Shown here: one piece after another, positions 1-14,947 of the stretch | Numbering within the stretch: the stretch's first letter is position 1 | Layout: each line of letters begins with the position of its first letter | NCBI GenBank assembly: GCA_017499595.2 | Contig: CM039002.1 | Span: forward strand, 1,302,001 to 1,366,000 | DNA: 64,000 nt | Source: Psilocybe cubensis | Taxonomy: Eukaryota | Reading direction: 5' to 3' | The notes under the pieces: model-generated | What the model was told of the DNA's origin: nothing | Seen by the model: only the letters and a program-made list of their open reading frames with translations | Databases searched by the model: none | Made by a program: the position numbers and the translations under genes

Positions 1-1328
1 TTGTGCAAAGCACCCTTTGGGATCTTCTTTTCTAAATACCTCAAATCCCTGAGAAATTTGTACGGGTCTGGCCAGCGTTGTGTGGTAAATTGTGGGGCAA
101 ATGCGCTTGTTCGCCATAATACGGTCTTAATCATCAGCAGATTGCCGACGATATGAGTATGCTTGCGGCCGTCCAATGGTACTAGATAGTGGCAGATGCT
201 GCACAAGCAACAACAATCAGCAGTCTGTCAGCTTCCAACATGGTAACTTTTGTTTCGAAGAAGCATTTCAATCCAGAAAACTTGTAGTATGCTAGTGGTG
301 GTTGTAGGTTGGGTCGCATAGAAGCCAAAAGGTAATGATCAAAAGTAGTTGCATTTTCTCACAATAACAACAACAGTGCCACAAAATCCTTTCGGGTTGA
401 GTTACATAAAAGCGATGTTGTTAGAGATGCGGGATATAGGCACTGCTTTTACTCCAGGATTGAGTAAAAATCACTTCTTTCGACTCATTTGTTGACCGAT
501 AACTCACACCCGCGCAGTTTGACTAGATAGAAGTCGAAAAATTGCGAAGCATCGGTGTCAAATCTGATCATCGTTGAGAAAAGCATTGGTCATGCTATCG
601 GCGTCCCGGTCACTAGTCACTAGTCATAGTTCCTGTCCCATTACCGTGGCAAGGCCATCAAGTAAAAATCTCGGAGTTCCCAGCACACTCATTAAACCAC
701 TCGCACCCTAAACCAGTAGGATTGTATGGCACTTAATAATCCATCGCGGCATAAGATCGAATTACTATCCAAGGAAGATTTTAGTTACATCCTACTCTGA
801 AAAGCGGTGAAAGGCCCGCAGATGATTTGAGAACAGTACACTAGCTGTACTCGCAATGCATTGAATAGGAGCACTTCACATCGTTCAGCAATTGCATTGG
901 TTGTCAGTCCCATGCTTTAATGATATATACTAAAAAGAGGTCAGGTACAAAAAGCTGGGGAACAATTGAATGATTTGCAGAACTCAGTGGTAAAGATCGG
1001 GTACCTAGACCAAGTGTAGGACGGTTAAATGATGTACCGATTCCAACAAAGCGTGAAGAGCACTCGTGATTGTGGCATTGTTCTTACCCCTCCCGTTATG
1101 CTGTTATCAGATTAGTAGATCTGTAAAATTTACTGGCCACCAACCTGTGACTAAAGTTCGTCGGTGGTAGCTTGTTCCATGTAAACCCATGCTGTAAACT
1201 TCTATGCGAATTGATATCTGAAGCTCTAAATGGCTTAACTTTGGTCACTGGATTGTGCATTAAGTATGTATTCGATGCTCGTTTATTCTCAATGTGTAGG
1301 TTATTATCGAGAAAAATTGTACAGTACT

Positions 1329-3568
1329 CTAGTCTTCAGCTTCACCCGAAGTGATCACATCATCTGAAAACATGATCAGAATGAATAGATGAGGAAATAT
1401 GTGCCAACACACCGATTTTGAGCACTGCACGGACAAGCTGTAAAGTAATCAATACGCAGAGTCAGCTGGGACGCAAGAGAAGAATGGAATACTGACCTGA
1501 GTAGCAAGCAAATATTGCTGACGCTTGGAAATAAGAGGGTCGTAGACAAATTGCTTCTTCATATCTAAATGGGAAAATCCCACCGTTAATGGCGGATGTG
1601 ACTCCGTACACAATGCAGATTCTTACCATTTTCTCCCCTATCGTTGCAGTCGATTCCAAGTCTTGAGTTCTTTTCATTTACCTGCCGGCTGCGAACCTCC
1701 GTGAGGGTCTCAATGGGCGATAAACCACTGTTCTCTGCCAAAGCCAATGGAATAGAATCCAGAGCGGACGCAAATGCACGCATTGCATATTGTTCAATGG
1801 AGGCGATCTGTATGCAAGTGTCAGAAGGTTAATTGCAGCAAAGGTGGACAGCAATCCTACTTCGTCTGCAGCTTTAGATACTGCAATGGCGCAATTAATT
1901 TCTGCAGACCCGCCCCCATAAACCACGCGGTTATCCACCACAAGATTGCGCACAGCACAAATTGCGTCATGGAGAGCCCGTTTGGCTTCGTCAATGATCT
2001 GAATGGAAATAGTAGAAGTGATGATGAGATATAAGGGGTAGGCATGGACTACTCACCATCTTATTACTTCCTCTCACGAAGACAGTAACTGCTCTTGTGT
2101 TTGCACATTCCTCAATAACGAGCATTTTGTCGCGTGTTGTGCCGAAAGAAAGTTCACGCACGATTCCGGCTTTTCCAAGCTTGTCGGCTGTAAGGTCCTC
2201 AAATCTAGGAACAATTCTTCCTTGGGTGGCAATGGCAATCAGCTTCGAAAAAAAAAGGTCTTCAGTTGTTGCGCTTTTCTCAGAGGCCACTCCTTACCTC
2301 GATTTCTGGACCACCCACCCACCGCACCGCGGGTAGTTCGTTTTGCATCAACAAATGGTTAGCCTCATCATCGAAGCCCCATTGGCAGATGACCAAGTTT
2401 GCTCCAGTATCCTTAACCCGCTTAATCATATCTGCAAACTTCTCCTTCTCGTATTCTCGGAGTTTTTTGTATTCATCAACACTTGTGATATCCAACTTGT
2501 GCTTGGTTTTGGGACGAGGAGGCTCAAACGGACACGTCAAAATAGCAACACGAGCATCTTTTACGTAGTGTGGCATTTGTGGATGCGACATATCCTTGTC
2601 TATGAGAACACCCCGAATGAGCGTTGTGTCAGCCAATGAGCCTCCGACTTTGCCATCGACCTTGATCAGATCAAAAGGTACATCACGACGCTCGAGGTCT
2701 GCGACAGCGAGAACGGCATCCACAGCAATCTGAGCAAACTGAGTGTGTTCTTTTGAGACGCTAGTCATAAACAAAGTTTAAGTAAAAGGGTTGTGTGAGA
2801 TGCAACTTAATGACAAACATTTTGCTGCCCAAACTTGTTTTTGCAGTCTTGAGGAGGTTTTCAGTGTCTGCCAATGAGAAATCTACCCGTTCAGAGATAC
2901 GATCCAGTTGCTCGACGGCTACTGCACATGCCCGATCGAAACCATCTGCAATTCGGATAGGATGAATGCCTCGGTCGAGAAGGGCTTCACTTTGTTCAAG
3001 CAAAGCGCCTGCGAGGACTAGTGGATAGTTAGCACCAGGTATATCAAATAAATAACATATTCGCGCGCGCACCGACAACACCTGTAGTTCCATCGCCGAT
3101 CTCGTCGTCTTGACTTTTTGAAAGCTGCACGAGAAGTTTAGCGATTTGGTGCTCGACTTCCATCTGCCCCAGGATAGTTGCTCCGTCGTTAGTGACTGTG
3201 ATTTCTCCATCCGGAGAAATAAGAATTTTATCCAATCCTTAGGAGGCAAATCGATGTGAATGCGTCTTACTGAGATATAATCCATTGATCAGCACTCACC
3301 TCGAGGGCCCAGAGATGTTCTGATAATATTCGCGACTGTACGTGCAGCAAGAATATGAGACTAGATACCTGTAAGTCCGATTCAGAGAGATATCAGCAGA
3401 AAAGTACCTTGATTGCCTCTACACCATGCGTCCTCGTTTTCTTTGCTTGCTCGCGAAGGATGATGAAGGGTCTTCCGTACTGTTGAGGAATAAGCGAAGT
3501 TTCGAGCAGATCTGTACAGGTCTTACCTCATCTGTAGTGTATACAGCAGAGTTTGGGTCGAACGACAT
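1329..3568 (-). CDS. CCT5: T-complex protein 1 subunit epsilon (CCT/TRiC chaperonin), multi-exon
   Basis: Exons encode [74 protein letters not shown] and [12 protein letters not shown] at 3568 ([14 protein letters not shown]), stop TAG at 1329-1331. Confidence 0.96.
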
Positions 3569-3786
3569 TTTTGAGGATGAAGAAAGGTGTGGACGTTATG
3601 TCTGAGGACGCGTCGCGAATCTGGAATAATTCTGCGGAACGACTTGATGTGACAGCGTGACGCCGTTGATTGACAAGGATTGAGGGATTCGTAGGACTGC
3701 GGTACTACTATCACTGCTCCACCTATCTCCCTTTCAGACAATCATCGCTCCCGGTCTCTTTCAATCTTTAGAAAGTCATTGTACGC
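3569..3786. promoter_or_regulatory. Short bidirectional promoter region between divergent CCT5 and PP2A-C genes
   Basis: Only 218 bp separate the two head-to-head start codons. Confidence 0.6.
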
Positions 3787-5214
<1,428 letters not shown>

Positions 5215-5895
5215 TTCAACGACTTGGGTTTCCCTTAATAACGTACATACTGTTAAACTTGTACATTCTTATTTCGAAGGCAGCAAGATATATACCTCTC
5301 TCATTCTTTCACGCATGGACAACATACGATGGCAGACCATTTCATGTTTTGTTGAGAATCTGTAATTTGACCTTGTTTCTATAAACCTTCTTTGTTCTTG
5401 AAAAGTGTATCAATTGAGATGTCAAACATTCAAGTGTGTTTTCGTTTCCCTGTACTTTGTTATTGGTGCTGTCTACAGTCGAACTTGTCATAACCTACAC
5501 TTTAGGTGTTCACCCAGACAAGCTCATAGGTTTGATAACTTTGATTGGTAAAAGCACCAGAGGCCGAGCGACCCGAGCCCCATAAAGCGATTGCTCCGAT
5601 ATCAATTCGCGAATGACGTAGACACCCCTGAGCTCAACTCGAACAGAACGCAGCGAGGTCGTAATGAGAAAAGCGAGTTTTGACTCGAAGCAAAAGCATG
5701 ATGGCGCACAAAAATTTGTCCTTATGTTTTCCCCGTCATATTAGAGTTATCGCACTCGAATTTGTATTAACACAAGGGTACGGATACCAGATATATAAAT
5801 AAAGATTAGGATTAGCTACCGAGTCAAACTTGAAGCTTGAATGGTCAAGACTCAAGAGATGAGAGTGAAGGCCCCATCCAATCGAAAGTATAGAT

Positions 5896-7339
5896 CTAGT
5901 GGGTATGACTATGGCCATTCATATGGCCATTGAGGGGAGAATGAGCGTGGCCGGTACTAGCTCCATTGCCAACGGGAATTTCGCGGTGTTGATGAATGTC
6001 GTGGATGACCCCAGCAGCCCCTCTGATATAAGCACTTCCACGCCCGTAGTATCCACCTCCATAGATGTGTAGGTTTTCTGCTGCTGTGATAGACGCGCTG
6101 GCGCTTGCATGCCCGACAGCGCCAGTAACCAGGGATTCCATTTGGGCGGAAACATGCTTCATTGCGGATGCTGTAATGGCGGTGATAGCTGTCTCCATTG
6201 CGATGGTGAGCATTTTATGCATCTCAATGGTGACATGCTCCACGGTCGTTTCAGCGATGCTGACGAGGGTCTCCTGCATAACAGGATGTTTTGCGAAGAC
6301 GCTGAGGTCTGGCTCGGCAATGACCTTAAACTTCATCCAAGGAACTTCGCTAAGCATAAGCGATAGCTTTTTATTGAGTTCGATGATGATAAGTACGCCA
6401 TTGGAGTTACGAAGTCGAGTGCGAAGGTCCAGGCGGGCAATTCGGTATTCATCGCCTTTATGTATCCGGTATTTCGCGACTAAAAAGAATCCATCGAGAG
6501 AATATTCGAAGCAATGGGTACTAAATCCTGAGATGTCCCACTGGAGATGGCCGTCGAGAAACCCGATGATTGTGTCGAGGTCAATCTTAGAGTGGACGAC
6601 TGCACCGTCGAGTCGACGACATTGGGCGTGAAGGAATGTTCCTTTGAGCTCAAGCTTCGTGCAAGTTTCCTCAATTAACAGGTGGTGACTTTCACTTGAA
6701 GGGAGCATGTCAAAAAAACGTCTCGAAGAAGATATTAGACATACCGTCTGAATGAAGAGGAAGCAAAGTACGACGATTTAGAAGTCATGGTAGATGATGT
6801 TGAGACTGTGGTGGCGCTTGACATAGTCGATGCCGCAGAGAACATGTTGGACGAACTGGCGGTAGTGGCCGTCGAAGCAGAATTTGCGGATAACATGGCT
6901 TTGGCGACATCTTGCCCTGCAACTAATTTTATGGGTTCAGGCCGTTTGGGTCTATGTTATATATGATGAGATTCGTATAGCTCGGTTGAGAGTCAGAACG
7001 GAAAACACACGAAGACAGTGATAGGGGACGGGTGATGAGTTCCAAAGAACCGTCAACGTTTTTGATGTGGCGGTTTAGATCGAGATGGCTCTCGGTAGCC
7101 TTGTCGGATCCTCCTTTGGACCTTGCTGTGAGAATTCCCTCCGCATTGACTGAGAGACTCTCGGCAGCAGCACTGAAGCCATGGGATCCCCAGGTTAATT
7201 TGCCGTCAATAAAGCCCACATAATCGTCCAGCTTGATGGAAGAACTCGAGAAATTGTTGGTGTCGCGAATCTTGCACTTGGCGGAAAGAACACCGGATTT
7301 TGAGATCGAGAATTCCTTGCAAGAAGATGAAAGTGACAT
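5896..7339 (-). CDS. Double CVNH (cyanovirin-N homology) lectin-domain protein with Ser/Thr linker, helical C-terminal domain and His-rich tail; copy 1
   Basis: Two CVNH-like units (LSAKC..SSIKLDDYVGFIDGKLTW..GF..SHLDLNRHIKNVDGSL and LHAQCRRLDG..SKIDLDTIIGFLDGHLQW..LDLRTRLRNSNGVL). Introns at about 6952-7010 and 6696-6744 keep the frame open. No signal peptide. Confidence 0.85.
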
Positions 7340-9370
7340 GGCCTTGTTGGGAATAGGTTAGGTTATTACTCTCAATGAAACTTCGACAAGTAAATATACC
7401 TTTATTTTATGCTAAAATATGATACGAAAGGGATTTCGGATGGTTGAAATAATACTCGTCGTCAAAGTTGTGGTTTTTATATGATGTCCTTACTGCAAAC
7501 ATCGGCTAGCGTTCATCTTTGAGTCGGAATAGGTTATCCCCCGCGGTAGGAACTCTTCAGTCATAGCCAAGTATCAAACAATCGAAGCAGGACAAGGCCC
7601 GCCTGTCATGTAAGAATACATCGAGGTACAACTTGAGCCAGCTTTTCACAAACGGCACGATTGAGTACCGTGCAAAGTATACTCCGTAAATAGGTCTTGA
7701 CATTAACTGACATGTCCGATGCAGAGAGGGAATATCGCTTGGTTATTGCTAGTATGACAGGAATTCAGGGTATGGCAGATGGTCCGGGTCTAAAGGCAAG
7801 ATGGTTCCGAGAAAATCTGGTCTGATAACGTCTGAGCATAATCAATGCGCTATTAACAAATTATTCAGCGTACATTGTACCTACTTACCTTGAAGGTAGT
7901 ATGGGAATGTGCCGCGGAAGTTGACAGGAAAGCTACCATGTCGTTCGACCAGAAAGACAGATATTTGAATCTATCTGCCGAGACTCAGGAGTAGATTACT
8001 ATCCGACGCGCCACTCGAGCAAAGGTGTTGTGAAAAGTCAGAAACAAAGTCGGAAGGTACTCTTCAAAGCCTAACCGTGTTGACACCGTGTGAAACTGAG
8101 CCACGATATCCGCACAGTTTGGTTTGTTTGGCCTTGTTATATCAGGCATTTCATTTTTTTTTGAGTGTAACCTTTCGCGACAACTTGTCAGTGGCAATCA
8201 AGACTCAGAACAACGGAAGGCGCGGTTCAAATCAACCTCCGCTTTAATTTTAGAGACTGCTTCAGTTATATTTTTTTGGCCGATATACGAGTCCAATTAT
8301 ATAGTAGTCCAAGTTGAATAAGTTGTTCATTGGGACAAAGTTCCGAGCTACTTCTAATGATCGTCGGACCTTTCTAGACAAATTTCCAAGTGTTTCACAG
8401 GTGCTAAAGAGGGGTGGTACAGTGGTGGGCGTAGCTTAGTACACACTGTCGAGAAAGTTATCGCTAAGTACTGTATCTCTAGATTTCAGCAAGCCTTCAG
8501 AATGGAGCCTATACTTTGCGCTACAGAGGCTTTATGGCACAACGCTTACGATAGATCTCACATGAAACACATGGCTGTTGTCGACATTTTAACATAAATA
8601 CCTGATATAAAGCAATTGATATGACCATCTCGGGAAGAATCAGGAACATTTTGCTTGGTCAATGGTGAAGTTCTTACCTGAGTATATTATAAAGCCAAAA
8701 ATAGACCTTGCACTAAATTAAGCGCGCGCTGCCGGTGATCTTAGGTTCATCTAAATTTAGCCAGATCTGGCGGGTTTGTTCTTGAAATGCCGTCAGAACT
8801 TCAGATTTTCATCATGGAAAAATCGTTTTACATCTACAGGATATATAGGCACAAATACTACTTATTTAGAGAATCGTTTATCATGTCTAAGGAAATGAAT
8901 TATTGATTTAACTGAAATTATTGAACGCGTTGTTTCGAGAAATGTAATCCGTTTAGTCTGATGCTGTACGTAGGTTTCCAATGTTGGAACCATATGTCCT
9001 GCTTGAAGTACTACTCAATATATAGGACACTTTCAGTCAAAGCTGTTTGAGTTTTACTGAGGCATTGAATTGAAATGCGTAGCTATTAAACATGAAAAAT
9101 ATGTGAATGAGTGACTGAAGACCCGGTAATAGTCTTATACATATGCAATCAATATGAAGCGAAGCAAATACTAATAGCAGGGTTTAGAAATTACATAGCA
9201 CATTATTGACATGAAGGGAGTGTAAATCAACTTGAACCCAAGCAGATAAAAAAATATTGAGAAATAAATAAACAACACGAACCCAAAGGAATGTGAATAG
9301 CAAAATATTCAACGGTAGTAGTATAAAAAATTAACCAAGAAACTACCAAACGGAATCGGACATGAGCGGT

Positions 9371-10793
9371 TTAGGTGTGTTTCGCGATTTCGGCGTAGCT
9401 GTGGTGGGCGTGGCCGTCCGCATGATAGCTTCCATGGGATTCGTAGTGAGCCGAGTGGCCGTTCGATGTCGCGCTATATCCGTAACCCCCAGCTGCACTA
9501 TAGCGTCCACGACCATAGAGGTGAAGGGATTCGGCTGCGGTGATCGAAGCGCTGGCGCTTGCATGGCCCACAGCACCAGAGACCAAAGTTTCCATTTGAG
9601 CAGAGACGTGCTTCATGGCGGAAGCGGTGATAACAGAAATAGCAGACTCCATTGCAATCGTGAGCATTTTGTGCATCTCGATGGTGACATGTTCGACAGT
9701 GCTTTCTGCGATGCTGATAAGTGTTTCTTGCATGACGGGATGTTTAGCGAACACGCTAAGGTCAGGCTCGGCAATAACCTTGAACTTCATCCAAGGGACT
9801 TCGCTGAGCATGACGGAAAGCTTCTTGTTGAGCTCAATGATAATGAGGACGCCATTGGCATTGCGGAGTCTGGTTCGAAGATCAAGACGAGTGATTCGGT
9901 ATTCGTCGCCCGCGTGAGGTTTGTATTTAGCGACCAAGAAGAAACCGTCAAGGGAGTATTCGAAGCAGTGAGTGCTGAATCCAGAGATGTCCCATTGGAG
10001 ATGACCCTCAAAAAATCCGATGATCGTGTCGAGGTCAATCTGAGAGTGGACGAGGGTACCATCAAGACGGCGGCACTGAGCGTGAAGGAACGTGCCCTTG
10101 AGCTCAAGCTTCGTACAGGTATCTTCAATCAAAAGGTGCTGGCTCTCACTGCAAAATAAACAACACGTTAGCACAAATGGTTGACCGCGGTTCGGAAGTA
10201 AGTACCTTCGGAACTTTGTAGAAGAGAAAGCAGCGTATGAAGAAGAAGAAGATGACTTGGTCTCTTTGAATGATGTGGACACAGATGTCGAGGTTGAAGT
10301 TGTTGAGGCAGCAGAGAACATGCTGCTGGCACTGGCAGCGCTGGCGATGCTCGAAACACTAGCCTCAGAAATTCCCCTCAACAGCTCAGGTGCAACGAGA
10401 TGTTTGCCATTGGCATGCCTGTGCGAAGTTACATGTCAGAAAAAGTAAAACAAAATTGTGGGTAGACACTCACGCATCGACTGGGTGTGGGTTGGGAATA
10501 ACCGCCAAGAGACCGTCGTGATTTTGAAGATATATATTAAGGTCGAGTTTGCTTTCGACCGTCTTGCCGTTCACTTTGAATTTGGCAGACAGTACACCGT
10601 TGTGTACATGAACGTCCTCGGCGTGGTGACTGAAACCTCTGCCTCCCCACACAAGTTTTCCGTCAGTTACTCCGATGTAATCATTGAGCGAGATTGAAGA
10701 GTGGATAGTGCTCTTCTTGTCGGCCTTTTTGCAATCAGCAGAAAGAACACCCTTGGTGATGGTGACTTTGTCGCAAGTTTCGGAAAAGATCAT
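9371..10793 (-). CDS. Double CVNH lectin-domain protein; copy 2 (tandem paralog)
   Basis: Same architecture and comparable intron positions as copy 1. Probable 5'-UTR intron at 10795-10848 (GTGCGT..CTAG) and TATAAA near 10934-10939 on the minus strand. Confidence 0.85.
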
Positions 10794-12720
10794 ACTAGAG
10801 GGCAGACTTGAGTCTCGCTGGTAACAAGAAAAATAAAACAGAACGCACTTGAAGTATGAAGAAGAAAATTGAGTTTGTGGATTACTTGGAGGTTGAGGAT
10901 GATGATAATAATTTCAAGTCGAAAAGTGGAGACTTTATACATCTTGCCTTCCGTGCAAACCTTAGTATAGGACAGGAAATTACCCGAATTCTAGTTTCGG
11001 ATCCGACCATGTTTGCATCCGACAAAACGACACTGGATCGCAATCGACGAATGCCAGTAAGATCCATGGCCCGTTTTTGGATAGTACAGGGAGCTCGGTG
11101 CCAGTGCCATAAATAACAGATCCTTTAACCTTAAACCCGAAATTTACAATTGAATTGAAAAGAGTCAAAGGAGCTAGACATGACCGATCACTTCTTTAAG
11201 TTCTTAATGCCGTGGTTTGATTGACATTTGCCATTCCATAATGAGGGGCAGGCACTGCGTATCTCCGGACACAAGAAAGGCGTCCAGTTCGAGAGCGAGA
11301 AAGAGCCAACATAGATAATGCATCGGGTTCAGCATATCGACTTCACTAATTTCAATCTTTCGAGGCACTTCTGCAGCGAATTTAACCAAGATGTGGGCCT
11401 GGAGAAATTCGGTCCGTGATGGAAAATTGGAATCACAGGGATTCAATGAAGTGAGCCTGGTGTAAGTATTCGTTGAAGAACCAGACAGGAACTACTAGTG
11501 AATGTTGAATGATTAATGCCCACAGCTGTGAAACACCATCGGTCAGAAATGTTGGCCGGTTCGAGGAACACTCGAGTTGAGGACATTCGATACGGTGTGT
11601 GGTAAAGCTGTCACTTCCAGAGCAGGAAGAGAGCGGTGCAGGGGGCTCGCAGGAATCTGACAACGAGGTTACGAGACAGAAAAAGACATGCCGTGTGTTA
11701 GCCAATTCATTTTTGTTTGCAGCTGCTTGGACGTCTTTTATAATTGACCACGGCGGACTTGCACTTGCGCGGTCACACTGTACAGATTTTGTTGAACTTT
11801 GTCAATCACTTTCGTAATAATCCCTATCGAAAGACCTTTCATCATTCCGCATAGTAAAATGACCGGAACCAAACATGACAAGCTTTGGAACTATAATCAT
11901 TGAACAATAGACAGATCATGCAACTATGCTTGTTTACCATGATGATCCAGTGGCCAATAATGCTATGGCTCACCTATTCGGTTTCACTACTAACTATTCT
12001 GGTTAGTAGGGAAAAATTGTGCGACAGTGTTTGGCCAGTAGCGAAGCATCGAATAATTGCATTCTTACAGCGGACAGACTTTAGCGCTTCAAGCTTCAGC
12101 TCTTGTCCAACCATTGCGAAATATGGAAAGAGATGTTTTCACGCCCATGAAATAGTATATGGGTACTGGCCAACAACCTGTGCCTCAGGACTCAAGGCTC
12201 ACAGGCGTCTCCGCGAGGAGAAAAGTACTACAAAGAAAAGTCAAATTCCGGGATGCGCCACACTATTAATCGGGTGTAGCCCTGATGTGGCCAAGAAAAT
12301 GCAGAACTACATCTTCTTTACCACTGTTTTAGGCCATCAGGAATTGGTGAGCAGAATGTGACTAGACAATTGGCTGACCACTGCCTGATATTGAAAAAAA
12401 ATTGATGAAAGCAAATTAAATTATTAATGCTGGACCAGAGGACTCAGCAGCAGGGTATTTACATAAAGGCAAATGGGTGGGTCAGAAAACCCAATCTAAG
12501 ACAACGGAAACTTGATTTAATTGGAGTTGCACGAATCGAATGTCATCTTCAAAGCGTCATAGTCGACGAAGAGTATAAGGAAAAGTATTGCCTAATGATG
12601 GCGTGGGAACAACAAGGAGAAATAGGGTGGTAGTGACGTCATGTGTAGGTGCGGGTATTTGAGAGACAACACGTCGCGTCGATGCAGCCATCCTTGCTTT
12701 CCACCAATACAGAAATTAAG

Positions 12721-13533
12721 ATGCTCTCTTCAATCACTTGCTACTCTGTCCCTCGCCTCTCCATGTCCATTAGAGCTGCTGCTGGTGCAAGTGCTCGATT
12801 TAACAGTACCAGGTTCGTGAAACACTGCACTTTTGTTTACTGTGTCCCCCTTTCCCACTAACAGACAACCAGACTCTATTCAAGGTTTTCTAAATGTCGA
12901 ATTCCCTTAAAATAACATGCTAATGGAGTGATATCCTAGCACGATGCATGAAAACGATCCGGATGCAAGTGCTCAATTTATCAAGTTCCCGATTCATATT
13001 AATAAGTTTATTAGGTTCTGGAAAAGGAAAAACACAGAACTCTCAATCGCGATCTGAACGACAAGACATCTTCACCTCATGAATATGCACCTGGCTGGAA
13101 TGAAACTCTTGCGAGCGCATCAGAGGCAGCAGTCAAGGTTAGTTTTAGTATTTTCTTTACTTCTACTTTGATTTACTAATGCATTCTCAGGCTGATAGGT
13201 CAGACGGCGGTCCTCAGGAAATGCAATCCAGAACGGTTGAACATTTGAAAGCACGCCGTCGTGAAACAGACGGAGAAAGTTCGACAACGGCGTACTACAG
13301 CCGTGATACGGTAACTGGTCCCCTCTCCGGGGCAACTGGAAAGGAAGAGGTGATTGTACACTGTGGAAAAGTGGTACTAGACAAGTTAGGGGCTGATGTT
13401 GTCTCAAAAGGTTTAAAGATGCACGATTTCATGACTCCCAGTGAAGAAGATGTGCGTTAATCTCTAAAACGCAGTTCTTTATCTGTTCTTCAACATGTTT
13501 ATCCAGGTAAAAGCCGACAGGGGAGAGGTCTAA
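12721..13533 (+). CDS. Small conserved-type fungal hypothetical protein, probably mitochondrial
   Basis: Arg/Ser/Ala-rich acid-free N-terminus (MLSSITCYSVPRLSMSIRAAAG). Spliced exons give STMHENDPD|VLEKEKHR..APGWNETLASASEAAVK|ADR.. and end SEED|VKADRGEV*. Confidence 0.7.
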
Positions 13534-14947
13534 CGTCCTGCTGTCGTCTATTCGAAGCCCCCACGCCTCAAGCAGAATAATCAGAAAACAAGACGGATTT
13601 GACCCTACCCGCCGTCCGCGCAAAAAAGATATGTAACTTATAGCGCTTTCCATTCTTGAGAATCATAATGTCTGTATTATTGTCATCCTTATCTTCTGGA
13701 CGAGTCAATCCGCCAATACATATGTCTTCAGAGTCAATCAGGAATTTTATTTGAAGATACTGAAAATTACATGCATTTATAGTTGTCTGTAAATGTGTCC
13801 GAAAGCATATCTACGCAATGAGCCCCCAAACATTTACGCAATAAGAGGGTCATCGATGCAGCGCAGCTTCTCATTTTTCTCTACATCATCGAAGTGGTAC
13901 TTACAACGGTGGGCAGTGGCACAAGCGCTTAGTTCGTAGCTATGATCTTGGCAAACAACCGGATCAATATGATCTAATAACGCCTCAATTGATGGTTGAT
14001 TTCAAGTTATAACGATCATCCCGCAGAGTGGCTTTCAGAAAAGAGCACAGCTCCTTGGTCGTCTCTAACTACCAACAAAATATACGGTCATTGTGGAAAC
14101 TCTTATCGAGGATATCAAGCCTACAGTATCTTGGGTCTTGCAGACAATATTTTGAGAGATTGAACTTGTGTTTATTGGACATCATGCCTATTATAAAGCA
14201 TTCACTTCGGGTACCACCGTGACGAATGTTCTTTTAATCATTTCCTTGACCTGCAATTCCATCTTCTCCCCGTAACTTTGAAAAGTAGCTTCAGATGGTC
14301 ATACAACATCGTTTCGAGAATCTTGACCAGATCATACACACAGCCAGGATGTCACCGTTGCTTACCGGCCGAGGCCTCACTGCGAGCCCATCCCTGCTTT
14401 CGAGGGATCTCACGAACCATCAAATGTATCAAGCAAGTCGCCTTTCTGGGGATACGCCAATGGTCCAGAAATTGTCAATTATTCGATTAGCCGCGGCGAC
14501 CGTTCTCCAAATGCCTCCAATATAACTGAGGCAGGATTCCCAAGCAAAGCTTCTTGATTTACCACCTGACAAATTATTCGTATGCACTATCACACTGTAC
14601 TACGCTGAGTCTTTCCAGGTCTTACTCTGATTCGTTCATCAATCATTGGTGCCGTGAAGCCGCAAGGAAATGCGGTGTGAAGCACTTGTATCAGGTCTAC
14701 ACTAGTTCTGCGAGACGATTGCATCCCTGGGAACGGATTGATCGAGATGCCTGACAGAAGTTCTTTTTATTGATTCTACGAAACTTACTTGAAGCCATCC
14801 CTTTTCCGTTTCTTTGTTCCACTCTTTTGCTTTCTTTGCTGCGCAACCGCAACACCTCTGGAGGGTGTTCTGTGGAACTTGACGCAGAAGTCTAGATACT
14901 TCAATAAAGGACTGTGGGCCAGGCGCTCAGTACCTACTCCTATATCG

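Noticed and set aside
6065-10159. Long plus-strand ORFs at 6065-6631 and 9362-10159
   Set aside because: They are antisense to the CVNH exons and lack independent coding features.
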